This document shows positions 9,295-19,430 of a stretch of 64,000 nt of DNA, one piece after another; within the stretch, counting starts at the first letter, position 1; the number at the start of each line of letters is the position of its first letter. This DNA is from a bacterium (GTDB lineage Bacteria > Bacteroidota > Ignavibacteria > Kapaibacteriales > UBA2268). The notes under the pieces were generated by a model that saw nothing but the letters and a program-made list of their open reading frames with translations, had not been told where the DNA came from and did no database searches. The stretch spans positions 48,808 to 112,807 of the forward strand of contig JANJTB010000026.1 of NCBI GenBank assembly GCA_024711295.1. The letters run 5' to 3'. The position numbers and the translations under genes were made by a program.

Positions 9295-11106
9295 CTTTAT
9301 GCCCGCAGCAAATGATGCTCCGGGCATTGGAAAACCGCTATAAATCTCATAATATTCATTTGTAATATTATGAGCCCTGACAAAAAAACTATTATTATTA
9401 AATACCTTTTGTTCGATATCAACATTGAATAATGTAAAGTTCTTTTTCATTTCAGCATCTTTTAAATTTGAATTCAAATTATTGAAAATATTAGAATTTA
9501 CCCTAATTAACAATCCAAAATCGTACTTTGCAGAAATTCCAACATTCAACAAAAATCTTGGATAAATTATTTCTCTTCCAAAATTATCGAAATGTAAAAT
9601 TTCCGAGAAATTAAAAATTGCATTAAAATTAGCAGCATAATTATCATGACTTATTACTAAACTCAATTCTAAACCATCTGTAGTGAAGTTAGATGGTGCT
9701 GATTCTAATGAATATTTGACAAAACTGAAAGGTAATGAAAGGTTGTTTACATCAGAGATAAAATAAGTTATTTGTCCATCTATTAATAAATCTGAAAGTA
9801 CACCTAACTTGCCAAAGATTAATCCAGCTTCATAATTTGTACTTATTGCACTCTCAATTTCAGCATTAAGAAAAGTAGATTCGCTTAAACTCTGATAATA
9901 AGAATACATTTGAGGAAGCATGGCTTTTCGGCTGTGAGAAGCATATATTTGTGTAAAATTAGCGACACTAAAACTCAATTTGGCAATGTACTCAAAGTTT
10001 GAGACTGAAGATAATACCTTGTCTGGCACAAATGAAAGAGGGTTGCTTAATTTGTAAGCAAAGCCAAAAATATATTTCAGTAGTTCATTATCTTCCTGAA
10101 TAATAATGCCCATTTTTATCTTTTCAAGCATATAATTTTCAATGTTTAATCCTTGATTTGCCTGATAGATAATACCTTCTCTTGCATAATTCAGCGAAAA
10201 CTTGACAGGTGGCAAAGCACTGCCTGAATATAATAATTCTGTATTCCACCCATACCGACTTTCTTCAAATGTCTTTTTATAACTATCCTGAAGTGAGTAT
10301 GAATTCATATTTTCATTATCAAACTTCTCAATGATATATCTATTGCGATAATAGAAAATATTTCCGGATAATATGAAAATATTATTAATTAAAGTGCTAA
10401 ATCTTAAATTAATCAAATTGGTTTTATTATCAGGATTTCTCATAAAATATTTGAAATCTTCTGATTCACTTATTGGAAAACCTTGAGATACATCACTAAA
10501 AAGAAAATCCAAAAATATAAAACTGTTTTTATCATCTATCCCAAAACTTCCATTCAGACAGAGTTTTGATAAATCGGAATTGTCACTTCCAATACCTTGA
10601 AACAACTGACTACCATCAGATATATCAAATCCGGAGCTTGTTAGATACTCACCATTTATTTGCCAGCTCAAATATCCACTACGGGACTTGTACCCTAAGA
10701 TTGAACCACCGAAAATATTTCCGCCACCTAAAATTAGATTAAAATTGCTTGAATCAGAATTACTACTTTCAATATTAATATGACCAAAAAAATCATCAGA
10801 GCAACTTCTGGCATCTAATCCATTATTTAAAAATATCATATCATTTGAAATATTCCAAAAAGGAATCATATTTAAACTACCATCCAGAACACTGTTTACA
10901 TGTAAACCTTTATACTTCACGGCAATTGAAGAAAAGTTTCCCTGCCTGACACCGTAACTTCTTGTAAGCCATGTATCACTAAGGGGATAAAGTGGTAAAT
11001 AATTCAGTTGGCTAACCTGATTTAAATACATATCGCTTTCTACTGATCTTGAAGAAAGATTTTGAAAGCAAATGAGCAAAATAATAAGAAAAGCAAATTT
11101 GTACAT
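9283..11106 (-). CDS. Hypothetical outer-membrane beta-barrel protein
   Basis: 607 aa. N-terminal signal peptide. Ser/Asn/Gly-rich with alternating amphipathic segments. Ends in an aromatic residue ('...AAGIKLSF'), as is typical of OMPs. Confidence 0.5.
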   Translation of the reverse strand: MYKFAFLIILLICFQNLSSRSVESDMYLNQVSQLNYLPLYPLSDTWLTRSYGVRQGNFSSIAVKYKGLHVNSVLDGSLNMIPFWNISNDMIFLNNGLDARSCSDDFFGHINIESSNSDSSNFNLILGGGNIFGGSILGYKSRSGYLSWQINGEYLTSSGFDISDGSQLFQGIGSDNSDLSKLCLNGSFGIDDKNSFIFLDFLFSDVSQGFPISESEDFKYFMRNPDNKTNLINLRFSTLINNIFILSGNIFYYRNRYIIEKFDNENMNSYSLQDSYKKTFEESRYGWNTELLYSGSALPPVKFSLNYAREGIIYQANQGLNIENYMLEKIKMGIIIQEDNELLKYIFGFAYKLSNPLSFVPDKVLSSVSNFEYIAKLSFSVANFTQIYASHSRKAMLPQMYSYYQSLSESTFLNAEIESAISTNYEAGLIFGKLGVLSDLLIDGQITYFISDVNNLSLPFSFVKYSLESAPSNFTTDGLELSLVISHDNYAANFNAIFNFSEILHFDNFGREIIYPRFLLNVGISAKYDFGLLIRVNSNIFNNLNSNLKDAEMKKNFTLFNVDIEQKVFNNNSFFVRAHNITNEYYEIYSGFPMPGASFAAGIKLSF

Positions 11107-11111
11107 ACAAT

Positions 11112-11843
11112 TCAGCCTGTGATTCCGATAAAAGCAGACATTCTTCCTGAATATTTACCATCACGTCTGAATGAATGAAAGTTGAGGTCTTGGATTGTGC
11201 ATATTTCAGATTTTTCAATATTTCTAGACAATACACCGCATTCAGTTAACTGCAATATAATTTCATTTTTATTATCATACAAATACCTGTTGTGAGAAAT
11301 TTGTCTGGAACTATTCGGAAAATACTGAGCAACATCATAGCCAACTTCATAATTTTCTCCACCTGCAGCAGGTGAAATATATACAATTAAATTTTCTGGC
11401 TTTGAGCCATATACCTTGGATAGCTCAGTTAAAGCCTTTGGAACAATGCCTTGCTGTGTTCCTCTCCAACCGGAATGCACAGCTGTAACGACCTGTTTAA
11501 CATGATCATAAATCAATACTGCAGCACAGTCTGCAATCGAAACACTTAAGAAAAAGCCCTTTTCATTTGTATATATTCCATCACTCTCAAAAATCACATT
11601 ATTGTCAGAATTAATATACCTAATAATATCGCTATGTGTCTGTTTTTGAAATCCAAAATTTCTTCTTTTAATATTTATTTGCTCTGATAATAAACATCTG
11701 TTTGATTCAATTTCATCATCACTCCATATATCAGCCTTAGAAATAGAAAAACCATAAGGGGGAAAATTGAGAATATTCCTTAAAGTAACTCCACTTTCAA
11801 CATTATATTTCTGAAATATTTCCGGTTTTAAGATTTCAATCAT
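11112..11843 (-). CDS. pgeF: Purine nucleoside phosphorylase / laccase-domain protein (YfiH/PgeF, DUF152)
   Basis: 243 aa. 'DCAAVLIYDH...VTAVHSGWRGTQQGIV' is the conserved Cys/His cluster of the YfiH family. Confidence 0.8.
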   Translation of the reverse strand: MIEILKPEIFQKYNVESGVTLRNILNFPPYGFSISKADIWSDDEIESNRCLLSEQINIKRRNFGFQKQTHSDIIRYINSDNNVIFESDGIYTNEKGFFLSVSIADCAAVLIYDHVKQVVTAVHSGWRGTQQGIVPKALTELSKVYGSKPENLIVYISPAAGGENYEVGYDVAQYFPNSSRQISHNRYLYDNKNEIILQLTECGVLSRNIEKSEICTIQDLNFHSFRRDGKYSGRMSAFIGITG

Positions 11844-13752
11844 AGTAAAAATGAATTATTTTTGATGGATGTTCTTTTAATTTAAGCAAATTTATGATTT
11901 TTTCCTGAATATCGAGCTTCATTTCGAAATAATCGAACTTTTTCTCTTTTTTTACTTTATCAATTGTACTTATACCGGAGTTGCCCGTGTAGCTTACGCT
12001 GGCTATATTATTATTCATAATAAAGTTTGTTATTTCAAAATCTCCACTTTTTTCGTTGGCAGGCTTTCGGTCAAATAACAGCAAATAATTCTTATTTGAA
12101 TTTCTAAGTAAGACCGCTGTAAAATTTTTCTTTGGTACAATTTTCATTTCATTTTCGGCTTTTTTAATTTTAAAATTTGAAATTAAAATTATACACAAAA
12201 AAACAGCAGTAATTCTAAATGACATAACTCTTAAGTTATTAGAAGTAATTAAATATAACATCAAAACAGAAAATGATAAAGCAATAATAATACTTATTTC
12301 GCCTGTATAATAAGAAAATGAAAAAGAAACAAAAAAAGAATTGAGTTCATCGGCAATAGATACTAGTAAATCACCTGATAAAGCGTGATAATAAGACATT
12401 TCCTGAGATATAAATGATAATAATAGGGAAATTATTCCAAATGACATAGCCAAAACCATAATCGGTACTACAATTAAGTTCGCAATAGGGCTTATGGATG
12501 AAAATGTATCAAAATAAATGGCTATAATTGGTGATACAACAATTGAAGAAGCAAGTGTGATAGAAAAACTTGAACTAATAAAACTACTAAACTTAACCTT
12601 ACTAAGTATAGCATCGAACTTTGACTTTATCAAATTATAAAAAAATAATATTCCTGTAACAGCACCAACAGACAACTGAAATGAGACTGAGAAAATAACA
12701 TCAGGACTTATCAGGAACATAACAAGTGCCGCTAAGCCAAGACTATTAAAAGGATTTATTTTTCGCTCCAAACACTGAGAAATTAAATAAACAGATATCA
12801 TTAATGCTGCCCTGACTCCCGATGTAAGGAAACCTATGACAAAGACATAGAACAGTAGCAATAAAATTGTTATTATAGCTTTTGCAACATCATTTCTGAT
12901 AAATCCTAAAAATGTAAAAATAATGAAAGAAATAATACCTACATGCAAGCCACTAACTGCAAGTAAATGTGCAGTACCGGAAAGTTTAAAATTCTCATTT
13001 ACATCTTTTGGTATGAACGATTTATCGCCAACAATCAAAGCTGACATCACCGAAGCAGTCTTCTCGTCGAAAATCTTAAAAATTTGCTCTACAATCCTTT
13101 TACGTAATCCAAATGAGATTTGTCTGATCGAATTAACTTTTGTTTGCTTACTAATATTATATCCACTAGTAGAAATACTAAAGTTTATGTCAGAGGATTT
13201 CATAAACTTTTTTAATGAATATCCATCTGGGTCAATGTCAGCTTCCAAAAAATGAATTTTTACATTTGATAATATTTTATCCCCTGGAATTAAGGCATAT
13301 TTTGGGTTAAAAATAGTTATAAGAACACGGGTATTTTTTATCTCATTCAAATTTTGTGGATTCAAATTACCTTCTGCGATATATCTCAAATAATTTTCTT
13401 TGGTTGACATCATTTGAACAATTTCACCTTGAAAAACTCCAAATTCATCCGGAATTATTTTATCAGGTTGAATTTCCTCGAAATAATGAATTCTACTACT
13501 GCATAAAATTCCTAAAGCAATTACTGCACTATAATATGCTAAATCCTTCTTTTTAAAAAAGAATAAAATACCGCCAAGAATCACAAATAATGATGTACCA
13601 ACAATCGTGATAATGTAGTTAACATCAATAAATGCAAATGAAATACCTACAATTGTAGCAAGTAAAAACATCTTCATTGCCGGTATTTCAGAAATCTTCA
13701 TAATTTGTATTTTGTAAAAAAATAAAAATAATGAGTATTTTATTAATAACAA
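11836..13752 (-). CDS. comEC: ComEC/Rec2 family DNA internalisation channel protein (no C-terminal metallo-beta-lactamase domain)
   Basis: 638-aa polytopic protein. Competence-domain motif 'LSGTAHLLAVSGLHVGII'. Start overlaps the pgeF stop. Confidence 0.8.
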   Translation of the reverse strand: MLLIKYSLFLFFYKIQIMKISEIPAMKMFLLATIVGISFAFIDVNYIITIVGTSLFVILGGILFFFKKKDLAYYSAVIALGILCSSRIHYFEEIQPDKIIPDEFGVFQGEIVQMMSTKENYLRYIAEGNLNPQNLNEIKNTRVLITIFNPKYALIPGDKILSNVKIHFLEADIDPDGYSLKKFMKSSDINFSISTSGYNISKQTKVNSIRQISFGLRKRIVEQIFKIFDEKTASVMSALIVGDKSFIPKDVNENFKLSGTAHLLAVSGLHVGIISFIIFTFLGFIRNDVAKAIITILLLLFYVFVIGFLTSGVRAALMISVYLISQCLERKINPFNSLGLAALVMFLISPDVIFSVSFQLSVGAVTGILFFYNLIKSKFDAILSKVKFSSFISSSFSITLASSIVVSPIIAIYFDTFSSISPIANLIVVPIMVLAMSFGIISLLLSFISQEMSYYHALSGDLLVSIADELNSFFVSFSFSYYTGEISIIIALSFSVLMLYLITSNNLRVMSFRITAVFLCIILISNFKIKKAENEMKIVPKKNFTAVLLRNSNKNYLLLFDRKPANEKSGDFEITNFIMNNNIASVSYTGNSGISTIDKVKKEKKFDYFEMKLDIQEKIINLLKLKEHPSKIIHFYYD

Positions 13753-13758
13753 AGTAAT

Positions 13759-13786
13759 TTGTTATAGTAATTCTTTCGTAATTTTG
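13759..13786 (+). promoter_or_regulatory. Candidate Bacteroidota-type sigma-A promoter for nupC (-33 TTTG, -7 TAnnTTTG)
   Basis: TTTG at 13759-13762 and TAATTTTG at 13779-13786, about 28 nt upstream of the nupC ATG at 13814. Pattern match only. Confidence 0.3.
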
Positions 13787-13813
13787 TATTTTTTAAACAA
13801 GCCAACAACGAAT

Positions 13814-15058
13814 ATGAATTTATTAATTGGTATTTCAGGCATCATTATTATACTGTTATTAGTATGGATATTATCATCAGATAAAAAAGCATTCCCCTGG
13901 AGAATTGTAATTGTCGGAGTTTTTCTTCAGTTAACATTAGCTTTTTTGGTATTGAAATTCCCTGCAGGAGTAGCACTTTTTAAATTATTTGGAGATGGAA
14001 TTGCGGGTTTTCTCAATAATAGTCTTAAAAGTGCCGAATTTTTGTTTGGTAACGCTATCAATCCGGCCCAGACAAGTATTTTTGGTTTCCAATTTGCAAT
14101 TATAGTAACGTGTACAATAGTATTTTTCTCAGCTTTTGTATCAATACTTTACCATTTTGGAATAATTCAAAAAGTAGTATATGGTATGGCATGGGTAATG
14201 CAGCGCACATTAGGAACATCAGGGGTTGAATCACTTTCTGCATCCGCCAATATTTTCCTTGGCCAAACAGAAGCCCCCTTACTCATCAGACACTACTTGA
14301 AAGATGTATCAACATCTGAATTATTCTCAATAATGACTGTTGGTTTTGCAACAATAGCAGGTGGTGTTTTGGCAGCTTATGTTGCAATGGGAATAGATGC
14401 TACATACTTGGTTACTGCCAGTATAATATCTGCACCGGGTGGATTGATATTATCAAAAATTGTAATCCCGCCAAAAGGTAAAGTGCAGTCGCTTGGAGAA
14501 ATTGATTCAGTAGAAATTCCAAAAGCAAATAATTTATTGATGGCTATAACAAATGGTGCTACCGATGGTATTATGCTGTCAATCAATATTATGGCAATGC
14601 TGATTGCATTTATAGCACTGATAGCTATTGTAGATGGTGGCTTAGGAATATTAAATCAATGGCTGACTCCGATGGGAATAACATTCATCCCACCTTCGTT
14701 CAAAGCTCTTCTCGGTTACATATTTATGCCCTTTGCTTTTTTAACTGGAATTCCATGGCACGAAGCCCAACAGTTTGGTGGTTTGTTGGGAACTAAACTC
14801 GCAGTTAATGAATTTATAGCCTTCTCCGATTTAAGTGAATTGATTCGTTCGGGTGCAATTAGTGAAAGAACAGCTACAATTGCTACATTTGCTTTGTGTG
14901 GTTTTGCTAATTTCAGTTCAATAGCAATACAAATTGGAGGTATTGGTTCTCTTGTACCACAGCGTAAGGAGGAATTAGCAAAATTAGGTCTTAAGGCTAT
15001 GCTTACAGGTGCGTTGACTAATTTGCTGACAGCTACAATTGCAGGATTACTTATTTAA
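13814..15058 (+). CDS. nupC: Concentrative nucleoside transporter (NupC/CNT family)
   Basis: Polytopic. 'MNLLIGISGIIIIL...' N-terminus and NupC-like core. The ORF track start at 13784 is a TTG that overlaps the putative promoter, so the ATG at 13814 is preferred. Confidence 0.8.
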   Translation: MNLLIGISGIIIILLLVWILSSDKKAFPWRIVIVGVFLQLTLAFLVLKFPAGVALFKLFGDGIAGFLNNSLKSAEFLFGNAINPAQTSIFGFQFAIIVTCTIVFFSAFVSILYHFGIIQKVVYGMAWVMQRTLGTSGVESLSASANIFLGQTEAPLLIRHYLKDVSTSELFSIMTVGFATIAGGVLAAYVAMGIDATYLVTASIISAPGGLILSKIVIPPKGKVQSLGEIDSVEIPKANNLLMAITNGATDGIMLSINIMAMLIAFIALIAIVDGGLGILNQWLTPMGITFIPPSFKALLGYIFMPFAFLTGIPWHEAQQFGGLLGTKLAVNEFIAFSDLSELIRSGAISERTATIATFALCGFANFSSIAIQIGGIGSLVPQRKEELAKLGLKAMLTGALTNLLTATIAGLLI

Positions 15059-15186
15059 TTTATACTTGTTATTTTATAAAAATACAAGTAAAATTAAAAA
15101 ATATTTTCTTAAATATTTTGTAGTTTATGAAAAAAACATTAATTTCGTAATAAAATTGGCACAATATTTTCTAAGCGAAATTTTTT

Positions 15187-15747
15187 ATGATATTAATTGA
15201 CAAAATTTTAGTAGATGAAAAGATTTCAACTACTAATTTCAGATGTGACCTCAGCAAATGTAAGGGTGCATGCTGCACTTTCCCTGGAGAATACGGTGCT
15301 CCGGTATTGGAAGAAGAAATTAAACCAATGATGGATGCTCTTCCCTATGCACTTGAATATTTATCAGAAAAATCTCGTAAAATAATTGAAGAACAAGGAT
15401 TTGTAACAGGTACCGGTGATTACTATCACACTAACTGTATAAATAAACGTGATTGTGTTTTTGTCTATTACCACGATGATATTGCCTTATGCGCTCTTGA
15501 AAAAGCTTATCTTGAGGGCAAAACAAAGTTCATTAAGCCTGTTTCATGCCATTTATTTCCGATCAGGGTAGGTTCTTTCGGTGGTAAATATCTATACTAC
15601 GAAAAAATTAAAGAATGCGATCCGGCATTAACTAATGGTAAAAGAACTGGTGAAAAAATCTATCATACAGTCAAGGAAGCCTTGATACGTAGTTTTGGTG
15701 AAGCTTGGTACAATAATTATGTCACAAAAATAAATGAGGAATTGTAA
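15187..15747 (+). CDS. Cysteine-rich hypothetical protein, DUF3109-like
   Basis: 186 aa with 'CDLSKCKGACCTFPGEYGAP' and further Cys/His. It sits 6 nt upstream of rpoN. Confidence 0.45.
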   Translation: MILIDKILVDEKISTTNFRCDLSKCKGACCTFPGEYGAPVLEEEIKPMMDALPYALEYLSEKSRKIIEEQGFVTGTGDYYHTNCINKRDCVFVYYHDDIALCALEKAYLEGKTKFIKPVSCHLFPIRVGSFGGKYLYYEKIKECDPALTNGKRTGEKIYHTVKEALIRSFGEAWYNNYVTKINEEL

Positions 15748-15753
15748 TATTGC

Positions 15754-17523
15754 ATGAAACTATCATTAGATCTTAAAACCACTTTATCCCAGACGCTAAC
15801 TCCACAGCAAATTCAATACCTTAAACTTTTGCAAATGCCTGTAATGCAACTCGAACAATACTTGCAGCAGGAGATTGAGCAGAATCCTATGCTTGAGGAC
15901 CTTAACAATGCTGACTTAGATGTTTTTGAGTATGATGATGATGTTTCAGCTGCAGTTGATACAACAGGAGACTTAACACCTGAAGTATTCAAAAGTGATG
16001 ATTATTCCGAAGGCAACGAAGCCGACTTTTACAACGAAAAAGAAGATTTCTCGGACTCATTTGATATTGGCTATAAGCAAGATTATAACGATGACCCCGA
16101 TCCATTTGACCTTTATAGCATGGTTTGGCAGGATAGTTCAGAAGTTGGTGCATTTAATAATGATGATTTTGGAAATGATGACGAGCCACATTTTCAGATT
16201 AAATCTCATACCAGTCTGGAAGAAGATTTGATTGAGCAATTAAGTATGCTGAATCTGTCAGAAGAGGATTTGATAATTGGCACAATGATAATTGGCAACA
16301 TTGATGATGATGGGTATTTGCGAAGACCTCTGATGGAGATAACTGATGATGTAAATTCCCAAATTGCAGAGGTAAATTTCCAAAAACAACGTGAAGAATA
16401 TATAAAGCGGCAGGAAATCAAGGAAAAAATAGACTCTAACCCTGCTTCAAGATATAGTTTGAGTGAAGAAAGCATGATGCTGCTTGAAAGAGCAAAAAGT
16501 ATTCAAAATGGAACTGTTGAAAAAAATGACTTTCATAATAATTTAAATTTTAACACTCAAACACTAAAAATACTTCATCCGGTAACAATTGATCGAACTG
16601 AAAAGGTACTTCAGATAGTTCAAAAATTAGACCCACCGGGTATAGCATCAAGAGATCTGCGTGAGTGTTTATTGCTTCAATGCAGAGCATTTATCGAGCC
16701 AAGTTACCCGCAGTCGCTCGCCCTTAGAATCTTAGAGAACGCATACGAACCGTTTATTAGAAAACATTATCAGGTTATTGCAAAACAATTATCAATCACG
16801 GAAGAAGAAATCAAAGCCGCAATTGATGTAATTAAAAGGCTTAATCCAAAACCAGGCGGTGGCGATTCTCAGGCAGAGCTCAATTCAGTAATACCTGACT
16901 TCATTGTTGAAAGAGATGAAGAGTCTGATGAATTAATGATTTCACTTAATGATTCCAGATTACCTAACCTTAAACTTAGTAAGGCATACGAAAGCTTGCA
17001 AAAGGATGCAAAACTCAGACAGTTTAACAAAGAAACAAAAAATTGGATAAGAGGAAAGCGGGAAGATGCCAAGTTTATGATTCAGGCTATTAAGCAAAGA
17101 AAAAATACTATGCTCAAGGTCATGACATCAATTGCTACTTTGCAAAAAGATTTCTTTTACGAAGGTAAATCAGGCATTAAACCACTTATTTACAAAGTAG
17201 TTGCAGAACAAACAGGACTTGATATTTCTACAGTTTGCAGAATAGTGAATGGTAAATATGTTCAAACTGAGTTTGGAACTTACGAATTAAAGTTTTTCTT
17301 TAGTGAAGCTCTAATTTCTGATGATGGAGAAGATGTATCTACTACTGTAATCAAAGAAAAAATTAAAGAAATAATTGACTCAGAACCTAAGAATAAACCA
17401 TCTAGCGATGATCAGATAAGCAAAATTCTCAAAGAAAACGGATATAATGTAGCAAGAAGAACTGTCGCAAAATATAGAGAACAAATGAGAATTCCTGTAG
17501 CACGATTAAGGGTAGAAATATAG
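15754..17523 (+). CDS. rpoN: RNA polymerase sigma-54 factor
   Basis: Region I 'LTPQQIQYLKLLQMPVMQLEQYLQQEIEQNPMLE'. A long acidic region II. C-terminal RpoN box 'ARRTVAKYREQMRIPVARLR'. Confidence 0.9.
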   Translation: MKLSLDLKTTLSQTLTPQQIQYLKLLQMPVMQLEQYLQQEIEQNPMLEDLNNADLDVFEYDDDVSAAVDTTGDLTPEVFKSDDYSEGNEADFYNEKEDFSDSFDIGYKQDYNDDPDPFDLYSMVWQDSSEVGAFNNDDFGNDDEPHFQIKSHTSLEEDLIEQLSMLNLSEEDLIIGTMIIGNIDDDGYLRRPLMEITDDVNSQIAEVNFQKQREEYIKRQEIKEKIDSNPASRYSLSEESMMLLERAKSIQNGTVEKNDFHNNLNFNTQTLKILHPVTIDRTEKVLQIVQKLDPPGIASRDLRECLLLQCRAFIEPSYPQSLALRILENAYEPFIRKHYQVIAKQLSITEEEIKAAIDVIKRLNPKPGGGDSQAELNSVIPDFIVERDEESDELMISLNDSRLPNLKLSKAYESLQKDAKLRQFNKETKNWIRGKREDAKFMIQAIKQRKNTMLKVMTSIATLQKDFFYEGKSGIKPLIYKVVAEQTGLDISTVCRIVNGKYVQTEFGTYELKFFFSEALISDDGEDVSTTVIKEKIKEIIDSEPKNKPSSDDQISKILKENGYNVARRTVAKYREQMRIPVARLRVEI

Positions 17524-17530
17524 TTTAAAT

Positions 17531-19429
17531 ATGACAGTTTTTTCATGTAACGGATTAAGCAAAACATACAACGATATTCTTCTTTTCGACGATATCTCCT
17601 TTGGAATGGAGTCAGCAGAGAGAATTGGAATAATTGGTAAGAATGGTGCAGGAAAGACAACTTTGATGAAAATTGTTGCAGGTTCGGTTTCACCTGACAA
17701 AGGCTCAGTTGTTTTTAACAGTGGCATCAGATATGAATATTTAGACCAGGACCCTTATTTTCAATCTTTCGATATTGCCATTGATTATGTAATGAAAGGT
17801 AGAAAAGAAACATTCGAAAAACTAAACTTATATAATGAGTTATGCAACTCAATATCAAATAAAATCTCAGAAAGCAACACTCTAAACGAACTAAGCCACT
17901 TCCTCGACCTTCATAATGGATGGAATTTAGAAAATGATGCAAAAAAAATATTGAATTTACTTGGTATCGAGAACTATTATGTACCTGTCAATGAATTATC
18001 CGGTGGATTAAGAAAACGTGTAGCATTAGCAACATCACTTATTTCAGAGCCTGATTTGCTGATACTTGACGAGCCGACAAACCACCTGGATGCGGATTCA
18101 GTTCAATGGTTGCAGGACTATTTAATGAATTATAACAAGTCCCTTTTATTTGTAACCCACGACAGATATTTCTTAGATTCGGTTTCAACTAAAATAATAG
18201 AAATCGAAAATAAAAAGATTTACTCTTTTCCCGGCAATTATGAAAAATACCTAGAACAAAAAGAAAATATCACATCATCACAAGAATCTACAAATGAGCA
18301 TATCAAGGCAAAGCTTAGAATGGAGCTTGCATGGTTGCAAAAGGGTGCAAAAGCCCGCAGAACAAAAGCAAAAAGCAGAATTGACTGGATCAAGATGATG
18401 GAGGGTGATTTAGTAAAGCATAAAGAGAAGAACATCAAAATTGAAGTTGGCAAAACTTTTATTGGAAGCAGAGTAATTGATGCTCATAACATTAGTAAAA
18501 CAATTGATGGTAAATTACTTTTTGATAACTTCACTTACATTGCAGTGCCGGGAGATAGAATCGGAATTATCGGAAAAAACGGATGTGGAAAATCTACTTT
18601 ACTCAATATTCTTTCAGGTCTTGATTTTAGCGATAGCGGAACAATCAAAATAGGCCAAAGCATTAACATAGGATACTACAAACAGGACTTAAGCGAGTTA
18701 AACGAAAATCAAACTGTAATCGGCTCGATAAAAGAGATTGCAGAATATATTGATGTCGGTACCGGTCGGGACAGATACTTAACTCCCCGAGATTTACTAA
18801 ATACATTCCTATTCCCTACGCGACAGCATGGAGCTTATATTCATACATTATCAGGCGGGGAGAAGAAACGCCTAATGCTAATTAAACTTCTAATAGCTAA
18901 TCCTAATGTTTTACTGCTTGATGAACCGACAAATGACTTTGACTTGCAGACTTTGACCGCTTTGGAAGATTATCTTGATAATTTTATGGGGACATTACTC
19001 GTAGTATCACACGATAGGGCTTTTTTGGACAGGATTGTAAATAAGATTTTTTGCTTTGAAGGTGACGGGATAATTAAAGAATATCCAGGCAATTACTCTG
19101 ATTATTTGTTAAAAAAAGAATCATTAAAACTTGAACTAAGGATGGAAGAAACAACTCTTGAACCGAAATCGAGAGTGAAAGATACAAAACCTTCAAATAA
19201 CTCAAAGAAGAAGTTATCTTATAACCAACAGAGAGAACTTGAAAGCACTGAGCAAAAAATAAATGATGCTGAGACAGTGAAGATAAATCTAATTCAAGAA
19301 ATCAACAATTGTTCGCCAAATGACTATAAACTAATGGAAAACTTAAGCAACAGCCTTGCCGAAACTGAAAATCTAATTGAACAACTCACCATACGATGGA
19401 TGGAATTGAGTGAATTAGCAGATTCTTAA
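17531..19429 (+). CDS. ABC-F family ATPase (tandem ABC domains, Uup/YheS-like) with a C-terminal coiled coil
   Basis: Two Walker A motifs ('GKNGAGKTTL', 'GKNGCGKSTL'). Two ABC signatures ('LSGGLRKR', 'LSGGEKKR'). No transmembrane domain. Confidence 0.85.
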   Translation: MTVFSCNGLSKTYNDILLFDDISFGMESAERIGIIGKNGAGKTTLMKIVAGSVSPDKGSVVFNSGIRYEYLDQDPYFQSFDIAIDYVMKGRKETFEKLNLYNELCNSISNKISESNTLNELSHFLDLHNGWNLENDAKKILNLLGIENYYVPVNELSGGLRKRVALATSLISEPDLLILDEPTNHLDADSVQWLQDYLMNYNKSLLFVTHDRYFLDSVSTKIIEIENKKIYSFPGNYEKYLEQKENITSSQESTNEHIKAKLRMELAWLQKGAKARRTKAKSRIDWIKMMEGDLVKHKEKNIKIEVGKTFIGSRVIDAHNISKTIDGKLLFDNFTYIAVPGDRIGIIGKNGCGKSTLLNILSGLDFSDSGTIKIGQSINIGYYKQDLSELNENQTVIGSIKEIAEYIDVGTGRDRYLTPRDLLNTFLFPTRQHGAYIHTLSGGEKKRLMLIKLLIANPNVLLLDEPTNDFDLQTLTALEDYLDNFMGTLLVVSHDRAFLDRIVNKIFCFEGDGIIKEYPGNYSDYLLKKESLKLELRMEETTLEPKSRVKDTKPSNNSKKKLSYNQQRELESTEQKINDAETVKINLIQEINNCSPNDYKLMENLSNSLAETENLIEQLTIRWMELSELADS

Positions 19430-19430
19430 A

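Noticed and set aside
12923-13556. Antisense ORFs (110 and 66 aa) inside comEC, and similar short ORFs inside gdhA, nupC, rpoN, speA, the TonB-dependent receptor, the T9SS genes and coxC
   Set aside because: They are fully nested in, and antisense or out-of-frame to, long ORFs with clear homology. They have no supporting signals and are typical spurious frames in AT-rich DNA.
13784-13813. TTG start for nupC at 13784
   Set aside because: The codon is TTG and sits inside the putative -7 promoter motif. The ATG at 13814 gives a typical NupC N-terminus.
15160-15186. Possible sigma-54 promoter: a perfect TGGCAC at about 15166-15171 upstream of the DUF3109/rpoN pair
   Set aside because: The downstream -12 element reads TTTTCT and lacks the conserved GC dinucleotide at the correct spacing, so it is not a credible -24/-12 promoter by eye.
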